Made by a program: the position numbers and the translations under genes
Assembly: GCA_043743535.1 (NCBI GenBank)
Contig: JAYTWI010000009.1
Span: 67,407-131,406 of the forward strand
Length of the DNA: 64,000 nt
Direction: 5' to 3'
Origin: Candidatus Moraniibacteriota bacterium
GTDB taxonomy: Bacteria > Patescibacteriota > Minisyncoccia > Moranbacterales > UBA1568
Part shown: piece after piece, positions 29,001 through 38,250 of the stretch
Layout of the letters: each line of letters begins with the position of its first letter
Position numbering within the stretch: the stretch's first letter is position 1
The notes under the pieces: generated by a model
Told to the model about the DNA's origin: nothing
Database searches by the model: none
Seen by the model: only the letters and a program-made list of their open reading frames with translations

Positions 29001-30208
29001 CAATGCCGAGTGGGGCAGCTTCGGCTGCGATGGAGCAGGCCACTCCTCCTCAGGCTAATGCGGCGGCTTCAGCGGTAGCGGTAGCTGAGCGCATCGCTGC
29101 TCCAGTACCAGGTGTCGATACTACTCCTCCAGTAGGAGCGGCTGTGAAGATAGCGGCGGAGACAGCGGCCGCGATCCCGGGGAAAGATCTGTTGATCAAT
29201 TATTCGGTGACGCCAGCTGATGCGCGTAAGGGTTTGTGGGGCATATTGGAAAAGCGTTTGCCTGCTGATATGTCAGAAGCAGAGCGCCCACGCGCTATTC
29301 AGTCGCTCTCCAACGCTATTGCGCGAAAACTGCAGGAAATGGACCCGGAAGATTGGAAAAAAGTCGGTTTCCCTTCAGGTGAAGTCGGTGACATTCGCGC
29401 TGGGGGCACTATTGACTTTGCAAGATTGCTCAATCCAGATGATGTCCAAAAGGTACTCAATGGAAATTTCATTGCCGCGCCGCCAGAAATACCGTACCCT
29501 ACTTCTTCTATCGTAGAGCCGGCGGTTGATGTGGCTCTGACGGTTGGCGTCGATGCCAGTGGGCTAGCAAAACAAGTAGTACAAGAAGTGGTGAGTGACA
29601 AATTATCTGAAGTAGCGGCCGTAGCAGCAAAGATTCCTGATGTCTCCTCGGGTGAAAAGGCGGCTATCTTCAGTAGCTTTCAAGAACCGTCAGTACCACC
29701 AAAGGGCATGCCGATTGAGGGTGTTCACCCATCTACGGTTGTCACAACCTATGTGACGGAACGAGCCACGCTATTGCCTCGGGAGGGGATGATTCGTGCG
29801 CGCTATGGAGTGCGGGCGATACAGTATTTCCAGGAACATCCTGGAGAATGGGGAGGAGTGAGAGAATCCGCCACTAGGATGCGCGATAGCCTCTTCTTTG
29901 ATCCGAATGCTTCATATAATCCGGAGCGGTATGCCAGGTTAGGTCAGACGACGTTGTCATCGGTGCTGCGCGATGCCGAAGCCTTCAGACAGAATCCGCT
30001 TGCTAACTTCACTTATGATCGCACTACCGACCCACTGAGCATTCGTGCCATACGCCAGGTGAATGATTTTGTGGAAATTGCTAAGCGGACTTTTGGTGTG
30101 GAAGGGGCGATGGTTGCGGCAGGAGAATCGATTAACAACTATGTGCTTCGGATGACGATGAAAGGTGTGGCGGAGGGGCGACCTATCAGATTTTTTTATC
30201 GATCATAA
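26054..30208 (+). CDS. Large membrane protein (1384 aa): repeated N-terminal modules, glycine-rich hydrophobic segments, Ala/Pro linker, possible LysM-like C-terminal domain
   Basis: IGGVFIGGAFTLGSTGAAGAAIGGGALF; PSGAA repeats; YSV...KGLWGILE...GEVGDIRAGGTIDF. Confidence 0.75.
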   Translation: MKNHTFEGHGEQNKTPEPMSERAAKLAALRERLSPIIADGMAVDLEVFDQKPTAEGGSESGAVESQVVEPAATSAVPEPASSPDQVLKPRRRAKARVEKGKKPRNPSASTASPGTSNVLVSATVEQPASFKESAPELLPEGGQLKFTDERGVDVIVEKQGGLYGVDDSKDFTGFIYNEDQIRTLIKGWTPLGESVLELAQETERQEQEKLYGEVERLLIQQQEQWLVRIEQITNTEEYNALVDEAVEIGRQYKPDHPGIMSFLLGEPFERLLAQYPQVSTQTKEKLYSQAHDLQGKINKASRKKASDLLIMRTEAPTAHSGASTSAHDAFPLVKTSDHGHGVSQNEIGEVTSGEARGERLERYRAQIAAGDFEEAVIINRDTPSVAGIVSPEAAADAGIDSSEPFETDFVPFADGERVSYLTLDEEEGSVEKRNGKYFIKTGDTMLDANDPGLSEVGMLAEAQKNKWRFQRELNGGAPGAVELPVFNDVIRNASIGGESNPATASPDAARAGERREQDYDTVREGDVWVLRDASGQELRRVTVNQFIKYSGTALQVNFSDSTKQLPPVEDDFGYLDVDLTRVDTEMVLDRFLQMLRADGFVLESAGTGAGTTEVAPIMGERRGMDAPDGRRAEVPVENPDVAVKIEEEHTVPTTLEEKIAQLRQEKDEFRYKFAESDFKNSTILGKLGSIFRELDKNKKDYDTDTWKRYYLGALEQLKDAELEQIKKSGLTGEILNDALAGMLEYYKINEPLGLIKARTRVRLETKIADKEWPEQIMDRMENIGREYNKLNWKTKVLIGGVFIGGAFTLGSTGAAGAAIGGGALFLRKIVTSIGGGLSLDATLEKVEDWFEKKSDTDNKEIKKQMARMDDIDDWDKFEGVNVLLDQEIASLDGKLQKHKSHATKRKLIAFGTSIGFSFGSYAFGHGAPSAGGGAARTTVAAAAAEAKRAAIPSGAAASGVARSIEQAASAPSGAASAGVGQAPMPSGAASAAMEQATPPQANAAASAVAVAERIAAPVPGVDTTPPVGAAVKIAAETAAAIPGKDLLINYSVTPADARKGLWGILEKRLPADMSEAERPRAIQSLSNAIARKLQEMDPEDWKKVGFPSGEVGDIRAGGTIDFARLLNPDDVQKVLNGNFIAAPPEIPYPTSSIVEPAVDVALTVGVDASGLAKQVVQEVVSDKLSEVAAVAAKIPDVSSGEKAAIFSSFQEPSVPPKGMPIEGVHPSTVVTTYVTERATLLPREGMIRARYGVRAIQYFQEHPGEWGGVRESATRMRDSLFFDPNASYNPERYARLGQTTLSSVLRDAEAFRQNPLANFTYDRTTDPLSIRAIRQVNDFVEIAKRTFGVEGAMVAAGESINNYVLRMTMKGVAEGRPIRFFYRS

Positions 30209-30231
30209 TTCACGGTTAACATATTTATACT

Positions 30232-30537
30232 ATGGCTCTCGATTATACAGCGCTGCGTGAAGAATTGATCACGTCTTTTCACTTGGAACAGGTGCCGAAA
30301 GAGCGGCAGGACGAACTTATCTCCAAGATGGGCGAGGCCCTTCTCAAAAGAATTTTTTTGGAGACGATGGAAAAGCTCGGTGACGATGGCGTGGTTGCGT
30401 ATGAGGCGCTCTTGGATAAGAAAGCTAAACAAGAAGAGATTGAAGCATTTTTCGAAAGCAAGATTCCGGGGTACAATGTCTTTATCAAAGGAGTGGTCGA
30501 GGACTTCAAAGAAGAAATGTCAAAGAATTTGGCCTAA
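30232..30537 (+). CDS. DUF5663-like small helical protein (CPR-typical)
   Basis: FHLEQVPKERQDELISKMGEALLKRI...FFESKIPGY pattern. Confidence 0.7.
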   Translation: MALDYTALREELITSFHLEQVPKERQDELISKMGEALLKRIFLETMEKLGDDGVVAYEALLDKKAKQEEIEAFFESKIPGYNVFIKGVVEDFKEEMSKNLA

Positions 30538-30555
30538 TCATTGGTGTACTCATAT

Positions 30556-30993
30556 ATGCCTGAAGAAGAAATGGTGTTGCCATCCGAAAACAAGGCTGAG
30601 ACCGAACCTCTTTCTCCAGAAGCGGTGCCAGTCACAGCTGCAACCGAGGGTACATTTCGCCCGGAGGAACAGGCCTCCGCTCCTGAATCGGCGGCTGAAA
30701 AATCTGAGGGTACCTATCATGAGATTTTGTCCAAAGTTGCCAGTAATGCCTCTGTTGTTGCGCCTCAGGATGACAGTTCGATAGCTCTCGATACCAAGAG
30801 TATCAGTGAAACGACTGATGAAGAAAGTAGGATACAAAAGCTCCTCAATCTGGCTACCACCAAGGGAGTGGGGCATGCCGTCAAGGTAGCCCAGTCGCTC
30901 CGCGATTTTTATGCTCTCGATCGTATGCATGACGAACTCTCTGGCAAACTCTATGAGGGGCTGCTCAAACTCGGTCTGATCACCAAGGAATAA
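30556..30993 (+). CDS. Hypothetical protein (CPR-typical), disordered N-terminus and helical C-terminus
   Basis: IQKLLNLATTKGVGHAVKVA...YALDRMHDEL. Confidence 0.7.
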   Translation: MPEEEMVLPSENKAETEPLSPEAVPVTAATEGTFRPEEQASAPESAAEKSEGTYHEILSKVASNASVVAPQDDSSIALDTKSISETTDEESRIQKLLNLATTKGVGHAVKVAQSLRDFYALDRMHDELSGKLYEGLLKLGLITKE

Positions 30994-31015
30994 TAGGGGA
31001 GATATTTTTGGTTCT

Positions 31016-33517
31016 ATGCAAAACAGTTTTGATTTGAATACTCTGCTGGTGCCGTTGGTGTATCTCTTCGCTACCGCATCTTTGATGAGCGGCGTGTATT
31101 TGGTCGTCCGTAGCTTTTTACGTTTTCGATACCAGGTCAACCAGTCGCTCAATATGGATTTGGAGGTGATCAAGGTGATGCGTAAGAAGAGCCCAGAGGG
31201 ACAGCAGCAGGCGGCTGATGCTTGGCGTGAAGAAATTTTTGCCATGGAACAACTCCTTTCTTCCTTGGCGGTTTTGAAGCCAACTGGCAACTTTCTCAAG
31301 AAGCTTTTTTTCGAGCCGCCGAGCATCGTTTTCGAGATCACGAACCCTTCGTCGAGCGAAGAAATATTTTTTTACCTCTCTATCCCCAAGCGCCACCGCG
31401 AAAGCGCGGAGAAGCAGATCCACAGTTTCTTCCCGCATGCTGTTATCGAACAGATTCCTGATTACACGATCTTTTCCCCAGGCAGTTTTACGGCAGTGGC
31501 GCTTCTGGAATTGAAATCCACTCACGCCTTGCCGCTCCGTACTTACCGCACGCTTGATATCGATCCGCTCAATGAAATTTCCAATGCCCTGAGTAAATTG
31601 GAGACAGAGGCCGAGGGCGCTGCTATCCAGATATTGCTTTCTCATACTGATAGTCAGTGGCGTTCAGAAGGGCGCGTCTTGGCCCAAAAGATGCAGGAAG
31701 GGAAACGCTTGAAGGATGCGCAGGGGAGTGGCACGTTTGCCAAAGACGTAGGAAAAGGAGTGGGCAAAGAAATGGCCTCGATGCTGATGCGCACACCGAA
31801 TACTGGGAAGAGAACTGATGCAGAAGAAAAAAAGGTGGTATCACTGACCCCTGAAGAACAGGAGTTGGTGAAATCAATCGACAGCAAAGCGAGCAAAGCT
31901 GCTTTCCGAGTCAATATCCGGCTGTTGTCTTCAGCTGCTACACAGGAGCGAGCTGATGCTATCTTGGCTCATATGGAGAACGCTTTTGGGCAATTTGAAA
32001 ATCCTGAAGTGAATAGTTTTCGGGTCAAGAAACGTATCAAAGACAAGACGGCTGTTTATGACTATATCTTTCGCAATGTGGACGACGAGCAGGCAATGAT
32101 TTTGAACGTGGAGGAGTTGGCTAGTATTTTCCATTTTCCGATCTCTACCACCGAGACACCCAAGATCAAGTGGTTGAAAGCAGGAGCAGCTCCTCCACCG
32201 GTAAATATTCCGAAGGAAGGCATTCTCCTTGGTTACAATGATTATCGTGGCGTGAAGAGTGATATTCGTATCACTGATAATGACCGCCGCCGCCATATGT
32301 ATGTTATCGGGCAGACAGGTGTCGGTAAGTCCAATTACCTCCAGGAAATGGCCAAGAAGGACGCTCGGGCTGGCAAGGGCTTCTGTTTCATCGATCCGCA
32401 CGGCGATGCCATCGAGGATATTTTGACCGCCATCCCCAAAGAGCGAGCCGAAGATGTCATCATTTTCGATCCAGCTGATGTGGCGCGACCGATTGGTATC
32501 AATATGCTCGAATTCGATCCGGCTCATCCGGAACAAAAGACTTTCGTCATCAATGAAATGATTGGTATCTTCGACCAGCTCTACGATATGAAAGCCACCG
32601 GCGGTCCGATGTTCGAACAGTATATGCGAAACGCCATGCTCCTCATTATGGAGCACCCAGAGAGCGGTTCGACACTCATGGAAATTCCCAAAGTCTTGGC
32701 TGATGAAGAGTTCCGCCGCTACAAACTCTCCAAATGCACCAACCCCATCGTGCGCGACTTTTGGTTGAAGGAGGCAGAGAAAGCTGGGGGCGAGGCTTCG
32801 CTCGCCAATATGGTGCCGTACATCACGTCCAAACTCACCACTTTCATTAGTAACGACATGATGCGTCCTATTATCGCCCAGCAGAAGAGCACGCTTAATT
32901 TCCGTGAGATTATGGACGGGGGCAAGATTCTTCTCATCAATCTTTCCAAGGGCAAGATCGGTGAAATTAATGCTCGTTTGCTCGGTATGGTGATCGTCGG
33001 AAAAATCCTGATGGCCGGTCTATCGCGGGTGGATATCCCCGAGGCCGAGCGCAGAGATTTCTATCTCTACCTCGATGAATTTCAAAACGTTACTACAATT
33101 TCCATTGCTCAGATTCTCTCAGAGGCTCGCAAGTACAAGTTGGTGCTCATCTTGGCTCACCAGTTCATCGCCCAACTCAAGGAAGAAATTTCCAAGGCGG
33201 TCTTTGGCAACGTCGGCTCACTCACTGCTTTTCGGGTGGGACCGGAGGATGCTGATTTCCTGGAAAAGCAGTTTGCCCCGGTCTTTACGGCTAACGACTT
33301 GGTCAATGTCGATAATTATAACTGTTTCGTGCGTCTTCTTATGAATAACGAACTGACCAAGCCTTTCAATATGAAAACCTTTCCGCCCAGCCATGGTGAT
33401 CAGGAAGTGGCCAACGCCCTAAAAGAGCTCTCTCGCTTGCGCTACGGGCGCGATGCCTCGATCGTCAATCGAGAAATTATGTCTCGGATGCAACTAGCCG
33501 AAAAAGCAGTGGTCTAG
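31016..33517 (+). CDS. VirD4/TraD/TrwB-like coupling ATPase (HerA/FtsK superfamily) with N-terminal TM and CPR-type N-domain
   Basis: DRRRHMYVIGQTGVGKS (Walker A), FIDPHGD, LYLDEFQN (Walker B), SEARKY, AHQFIAQL, FGNVGS. Confidence 0.9.
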   Translation: MQNSFDLNTLLVPLVYLFATASLMSGVYLVVRSFLRFRYQVNQSLNMDLEVIKVMRKKSPEGQQQAADAWREEIFAMEQLLSSLAVLKPTGNFLKKLFFEPPSIVFEITNPSSSEEIFFYLSIPKRHRESAEKQIHSFFPHAVIEQIPDYTIFSPGSFTAVALLELKSTHALPLRTYRTLDIDPLNEISNALSKLETEAEGAAIQILLSHTDSQWRSEGRVLAQKMQEGKRLKDAQGSGTFAKDVGKGVGKEMASMLMRTPNTGKRTDAEEKKVVSLTPEEQELVKSIDSKASKAAFRVNIRLLSSAATQERADAILAHMENAFGQFENPEVNSFRVKKRIKDKTAVYDYIFRNVDDEQAMILNVEELASIFHFPISTTETPKIKWLKAGAAPPPVNIPKEGILLGYNDYRGVKSDIRITDNDRRRHMYVIGQTGVGKSNYLQEMAKKDARAGKGFCFIDPHGDAIEDILTAIPKERAEDVIIFDPADVARPIGINMLEFDPAHPEQKTFVINEMIGIFDQLYDMKATGGPMFEQYMRNAMLLIMEHPESGSTLMEIPKVLADEEFRRYKLSKCTNPIVRDFWLKEAEKAGGEASLANMVPYITSKLTTFISNDMMRPIIAQQKSTLNFREIMDGGKILLINLSKGKIGEINARLLGMVIVGKILMAGLSRVDIPEAERRDFYLYLDEFQNVTTISIAQILSEARKYKLVLILAHQFIAQLKEEISKAVFGNVGSLTAFRVGPEDADFLEKQFAPVFTANDLVNVDNYNCFVRLLMNNELTKPFNMKTFPPSHGDQEVANALKELSRLRYGRDASIVNREIMSRMQLAEKAVV

Positions 33518-33591
33518 GGAAGAAAATGGACTGCGAAACGAAAGTTTGCTTGCGTTTCTGAGCAGAGAGATTGCTTTTTGGTAAATACTTT

Positions 33592-35952
33592 TTATTTCAG
33601 CTTGAAGGAGAAGAGCTCATGGTCAGTTGTCAAGAAAACTTCATTCCCTGATTCATTGACCGTGAAGGCAGTGGCAGTAGCCAATTTTTCATGGAAATAC
33701 TGAGTGACGATTTGACCCGCTTGATCCCAGGAAAGCAGTCGCTTGTTGTTTTGGTCGAGAGCATAGATATTTGCTAAACCCGAATGGGTGTAGAGGGCGG
33801 TGAGCGAAAGCATAGCTGTGGGGGATTCGAGGGTGTTTTGTCTGTGGCCACGAAAGAATCCATCGATGACAGGTAGTTCAGGTGCCGAAAGGTAGATGGT
33901 GTCACTCACTGTCATTTTGGTGTTATCAGTTATGGCTACGGTATTTTTCAGCCACTTGGTGCCTTCGCCGAAGCCACCCTCTGCCCGCGGAAAGCGATAA
34001 ATTTGATCAGTACTGTCGTCGAGCACGTAGAGATAGGTGAGGTAGGCACCGATGCTTCGTACCCGCACCCCTGCTGGAAGGTTGAGATTGTTTTCGACAA
34101 AGGAGTGATTGATAGGACTAAAGGCAAAGAGACGTTTGTTTTCAGTGTAGATGAAGAGGAGATGCAAATCATCCATAACGGCTACCTGGGTAGCAGAATT
34201 ATTTTCCGGCAGCGGAAAAGTCTGATTGTTCTCGATTTCGATAATGCTTTTCTTTGTCACCAAGTATGGGGCATTCGCTAAGATGACTGGCGTGACGATA
34301 TTTTCTTCTGTAGTGGTGATATGAAGGACATCACCCACGATTTGGGCATTTTTTTCGTTGTTCGGGGCTATGACGGTGACCGCTACTGTTTCTGTGTTTA
34401 CTTGCTGCACTGGTTGTTTGTTTACGGTTTCCTTACTGGTCTGTGATTTTCCAGAAAAATAAAAAATGACGAAGGCGAGAAGGATGAACACGCCGAGGCT
34501 GCCGAAGAACGTTTTGAGGAGGATAAGAAAGCGCGAAGGAGCTTTCTCCTGGACCTGTCTATTTTGGTAGAAACGGGCTATTTTCTCTTTGATAAAGGAG
34601 GGGATTTCTTCTTCTGGCTCAAAAGCGATTTCTTTTGTCGTGGCTAAAGTGCTACTTGTTAGCTTTACTGTTTGCTCTTTAGTTATTGTGGTGGGCAATC
34701 CTGCACGAGAAATTTCGTCGATAATAAGTGCTTGCTCCGGAATAACAGGAGGCACTATTTTTGATGTGATTGCTAATACTTTCGCTTGTTTCAGGGATCT
34801 TTTCTCAGCTGCTTTCGCCACAACATGTTTCCAGAAACGTTTTACTACACGCACCGATTTGCGAGCGACGGTGCGGCCGCTTTGCCCCAATGCTAGGAGA
34901 GTGAGACTCATTTGCTTTCTCTCTTTACGCCACCACTTGTCTTGGGCAGTGGCTATGGTACGGAGGAAGTGACCTGTTTCCAAGAGGCCGAGCTTAAAGT
35001 GTTCAAAAAAAGGATGGGCACCTGGTGTTTGTGGTGTGTCGCCCTGGACATAAATATGACCAGTTTTCGAGTCGATGTATTCTGGGAGGGGGGATTCTTT
35101 TGCTTCGACTTGCTTAGTTGTTTCTTCCTGGCTGTCTAGGCGTGATTTCGGTGAAAAGGCTGATTGGCTAAAAACGTTACTCACTATGGCATTCATTGAT
35201 TCTTCGGATTTTTTTGTGGGCTTCTTTTCTGGTAGCTGAGCACTACCTTCTTTGAGGTCAATGACTAGAGTGCCGGACATATCGAGCTCATTGACGAGGG
35301 CAGTCTTTAGGAACTGGGCGAAACGCTCGCGGCCGATGCGCTGGGCGTTTTTTTCCAAATTGGTTAAAGAAAAGAGAGCAAAAAGTTCTGGTGAACTTAA
35401 AAGCACCTGATCCTCAGCATTTAATCGGCCGCTCGAAACTTCGACAAAGGTCTTGATGGGATGCTGCGAAGATTCATCTGAGGCGAGACCTTCGCTAATA
35501 TCAGCCATCGTGCCATTGCGAAAAAGGATGATGCGAGCGTGGCCAGTAACGGAAAAATGAAGATTATTTTTTTCGAGTACCCCTAATGCGCCGTGGAATT
35601 TTCCGAGCCAGGCGATGTTGCCATGCTTCACCAGTTCGGTTAGTGCCAAATTGATTTTGTGGAGAGCTGCTTCAAAGCTTTCGATGGCTCCGCGATGGGA
35701 GTTGCTAAAATATTCTTTTTTAGCTACGGAGGCGAGGAAATTAACGATGTAGGCCGAGTCATCACTCTTTTCATCCACCTCGAAAACGCCGAGGAGCGTT
35801 CCTAGTCCTTGTTTGGAAATATTTTCGCCGGTAACGCTAAAGGTCCGTATAAATGGCTCTACGGAACGCCCATTCGTGACAAGGATCTCTGTCACCACCT
35901 TCTCCAATTCCGGCAGGGGTTTTATTTTTTCTTGATTTTTTCTTTCGGACAT
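33592..35952 (-). CDS. Membrane protein: PP2C-like N-domain, single TM, C-terminal beta-propeller-like domain
   Basis: LHFSVTGHARIILFRNG, SSGRLNAEDQVLLSS; TM FFGSLGVFILLAFVIFYF; blades YLYVLD..DQIYRF, NIYALD..NKRLL. Confidence 0.6.
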   Translation of the reverse strand: MSERKNQEKIKPLPELEKVVTEILVTNGRSVEPFIRTFSVTGENISKQGLGTLLGVFEVDEKSDDSAYIVNFLASVAKKEYFSNSHRGAIESFEAALHKINLALTELVKHGNIAWLGKFHGALGVLEKNNLHFSVTGHARIILFRNGTMADISEGLASDESSQHPIKTFVEVSSGRLNAEDQVLLSSPELFALFSLTNLEKNAQRIGRERFAQFLKTALVNELDMSGTLVIDLKEGSAQLPEKKPTKKSEESMNAIVSNVFSQSAFSPKSRLDSQEETTKQVEAKESPLPEYIDSKTGHIYVQGDTPQTPGAHPFFEHFKLGLLETGHFLRTIATAQDKWWRKERKQMSLTLLALGQSGRTVARKSVRVVKRFWKHVVAKAAEKRSLKQAKVLAITSKIVPPVIPEQALIIDEISRAGLPTTITKEQTVKLTSSTLATTKEIAFEPEEEIPSFIKEKIARFYQNRQVQEKAPSRFLILLKTFFGSLGVFILLAFVIFYFSGKSQTSKETVNKQPVQQVNTETVAVTVIAPNNEKNAQIVGDVLHITTTEENIVTPVILANAPYLVTKKSIIEIENNQTFPLPENNSATQVAVMDDLHLLFIYTENKRLFAFSPINHSFVENNLNLPAGVRVRSIGAYLTYLYVLDDSTDQIYRFPRAEGGFGEGTKWLKNTVAITDNTKMTVSDTIYLSAPELPVIDGFFRGHRQNTLESPTAMLSLTALYTHSGLANIYALDQNNKRLLSWDQAGQIVTQYFHEKLATATAFTVNESGNEVFLTTDHELFSFKLK

Positions 35953-36104
35953 ACTTTCTTGTAGTATACCACATATGGGGCTATATTGGAGAGTTTTTTC
36001 CTTTATTAGAGAGGGAAAAGCAACTTTTGACTTTTCCGGGCATCTTTTCTATACTGCGGATGAGGCTGATTGTCCGATTTCTTTCTTTCTAATGCCTGTA
36101 TTGT

Positions 36105-36710
36105 ATGTCACTTGTTCTCTTTGACGCGTTATTCGGATCGAAAGCACGTGCCCGGCTCATCCGTTTCTTTTTGCTCAATCCTGGAGTGGAATTTGGTACG
36201 GCAGAAGTATCTGAAAAGACGATGATCCCCCGAGCGGAAGCGACGCGGGAATTGACACGTTTAGCCAAGATGAAGCTGATTGTCGAACGGACACGCAAGG
36301 GTCACCGTTGTTTCGTCGTCAATGAAGCCTTCCCTTTTTATACGGAACTCAAAAGCTTGGTTTCCAAACTCAATGTTCACGCCCAATCACAGGTCTTCCG
36401 CAAAATTAAAATTATTGGCGAGGTCAAACTGATCCTCATCAGTGGTCTTTTCCTCAATTATCCCAAGAGTAAAGTAGATATGGTGCTCGTGGTCAATAAC
36501 GTCAACCGCACTAAGTTGAAGCATGCCATAGCGCATTTGGAGGCTGAGGTGGGGAAGGAGATTCGTTTTGTCCTTATGAATAGCGAAGAACTGCACTACA
36601 GGCTCAATATGCTTGATCGTTTTTTCATCGAGTTTTTGGAAGCTCCCTATGAAGAAGTGACCAACAAAGTCCCTGAACTGAAGCGGTTCATCGCTGGGCT
36701 GAAGAAATAG
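36105..36710 (+). CDS. Winged-helix protein fused to a degenerate nucleotidyltransferase-like domain; putative regulator
   Basis: LFGSKARARLIRFFLLNP, RELTRL, FPFYTELKSL, LILISGLF....KVDMVLV. Confidence 0.65.
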   Translation: MSLVLFDALFGSKARARLIRFFLLNPGVEFGTAEVSEKTMIPRAEATRELTRLAKMKLIVERTRKGHRCFVVNEAFPFYTELKSLVSKLNVHAQSQVFRKIKIIGEVKLILISGLFLNYPKSKVDMVLVVNNVNRTKLKHAIAHLEAEVGKEIRFVLMNSEELHYRLNMLDRFFIEFLEAPYEEVTNKVPELKRFIAGLKK

Positions 36711-36733
36711 TGTTTTAAAGATAACAGAAAAAT

Positions 36734-37834
36734 ATGCCGCTTTCAGAGTTGCTTATTATCGGAGCGCTTGTAACCGGCCTCTTTTTATGGCTCTCATTTT
36801 TCGTGCGTCGCCAGTCAGGACTATCTCTTCAAGGGAACACCGAATTCCTCACTCAGATGACGTCTATCGAACGTCGCTCCGATGAACGAATGCAGTTCAT
36901 CACTCAGACCCTCAATCAGCAGTTGGGGAGCTTCCAAACGACGCTCGATCGACGGCTTGATGACAACAGCAAGCGTTTGGACGAGCGTCTGGATGTGGCT
37001 TCCCGTTCATATACCGATGTTCAGAAGAGTTTGGAGCAAATGCGTCAGTCAAGTGACCGTATCCTCGAGGTAGGGAAAGAAGTGGCCTCGCTCCAAGAAA
37101 TTCTTAAGGCGCCTAAGATTCGAGGAGGTTTTGGGGAGCTTATGCTCAAAGACTTGATGACACAGATGTTACCCAAAGAGCATTTTTTTCTGCAGCATGC
37201 TTTCAAGAGTGGGGAAGTGGTAGACGCACTGATCAAACTCAAAGGAGGGTCTATCAGTGTCGATTCTAAATTCCCGTTGGAAAATTTTAAGAAAGTGATG
37301 ATCGCCAAGAGCGACGAGGAACGCAAAGTGGCTCGCCGGCAGTTTTATACAGACGTCAAAAAGCACGTGGACGCCATCGCCGCCAAATACATCGTTCCGG
37401 AAGAGGGGACTCTTGATTTTGCCCTGATGTATATCCCGGCCGAAAACGTTTATTACGAGATCATTATCAAGGATGATGATGAACAGGGATTGCTCGATTA
37501 TTTGACTTCCCGACGGGTCATTCCGGTTAGTCCGAATTCCTTCTATGCCTATATGCGGACGATCCTCTTCGGGCTACAGGGCCTGCAGATTGAGAAACGG
37601 GCGAAGGAAATTATGGGCCAGCTCGAGAAGCTCGCGCGGGTGCACGAGCGTTTTGAAAAGGAGTTTGATGTGTTAGGCAGTCATTTGGGGAATGCTCACA
37701 AGAAATACGAGGATGCGGAGAAATTTTTGAATAAATTAAGCGATCAGCTAGAGCATGCGCGAGTTGGTACCAGTCATGATGAACTAGATGCCTCGCCGCT
37801 TCCAGAAGCGGTTGATGTTCCTAAACTTCCTTAA
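36734..37834 (+). CDS. rmuC: DNA recombination protein RmuC
   Basis: N-terminal TM, coiled coil, PKIRGGFGE, VDSKFPLE, DFALMYIPAE, PVSPN. Confidence 0.93.
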   Translation: MPLSELLIIGALVTGLFLWLSFFVRRQSGLSLQGNTEFLTQMTSIERRSDERMQFITQTLNQQLGSFQTTLDRRLDDNSKRLDERLDVASRSYTDVQKSLEQMRQSSDRILEVGKEVASLQEILKAPKIRGGFGELMLKDLMTQMLPKEHFFLQHAFKSGEVVDALIKLKGGSISVDSKFPLENFKKVMIAKSDEERKVARRQFYTDVKKHVDAIAAKYIVPEEGTLDFALMYIPAENVYYEIIIKDDDEQGLLDYLTSRRVIPVSPNSFYAYMRTILFGLQGLQIEKRAKEIMGQLEKLARVHERFEKEFDVLGSHLGNAHKKYEDAEKFLNKLSDQLEHARVGTSHDELDASPLPEAVDVPKLP

Positions 37835-37838
37835 TACT

Positions 37839-38237
37839 ATGGTGATAAACGCCAATCTGGGTTGGGAAAAAAATGTGGCTGATCTTGGCCAAGGAAAAAC
37901 CTTTTTTGAGAACATGATCGTGCAAATTCTTTTTGTCGCCGCTTTCCTCCCGACCCTTGTGAGTTTCGGGCTACTTTCCTACTTCGTCAGACCGACGGGG
38001 AATATTATCGTGCTTCATTACAATGTCTATTTCGGAGTCGATCTTTTAGGGGTTTGGTGGCAAGCTTACGCACTACCGTTCTTAGGGCTACTTCTTTCCT
38101 TAGGACATTTTTTTTTGGCTCGGCGTTTTTATCGACGGGGCGAGCGCATCGCCGCCTACTTGATGCTCTTGGCTGCCGGTATGCTTGCCTTGGGTATCCT
38201 TATCGGCAGTGCCAGTATCGCCTTCATCAATTATTGA
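37839..38237 (+). CDS. Small membrane protein (DUF1648-like)
   Basis: IIVLHYNVYFGVDLLG, three hydrophobic segments. Confidence 0.6.
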   Translation: MVINANLGWEKNVADLGQGKTFFENMIVQILFVAAFLPTLVSFGLLSYFVRPTGNIIVLHYNVYFGVDLLGVWWQAYALPFLGLLLSLGHFFLARRFYRRGERIAAYLMLLAAGMLALGILIGSASIAFINY

Positions 38238-38250
38238 TTTACTCCTCCCT

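Noticed and set aside
24192-33517. Conjugative element/ICE or prophage
   Set aside because: No relaxase, integrase, VirB4, phage structural genes or boundary repeats
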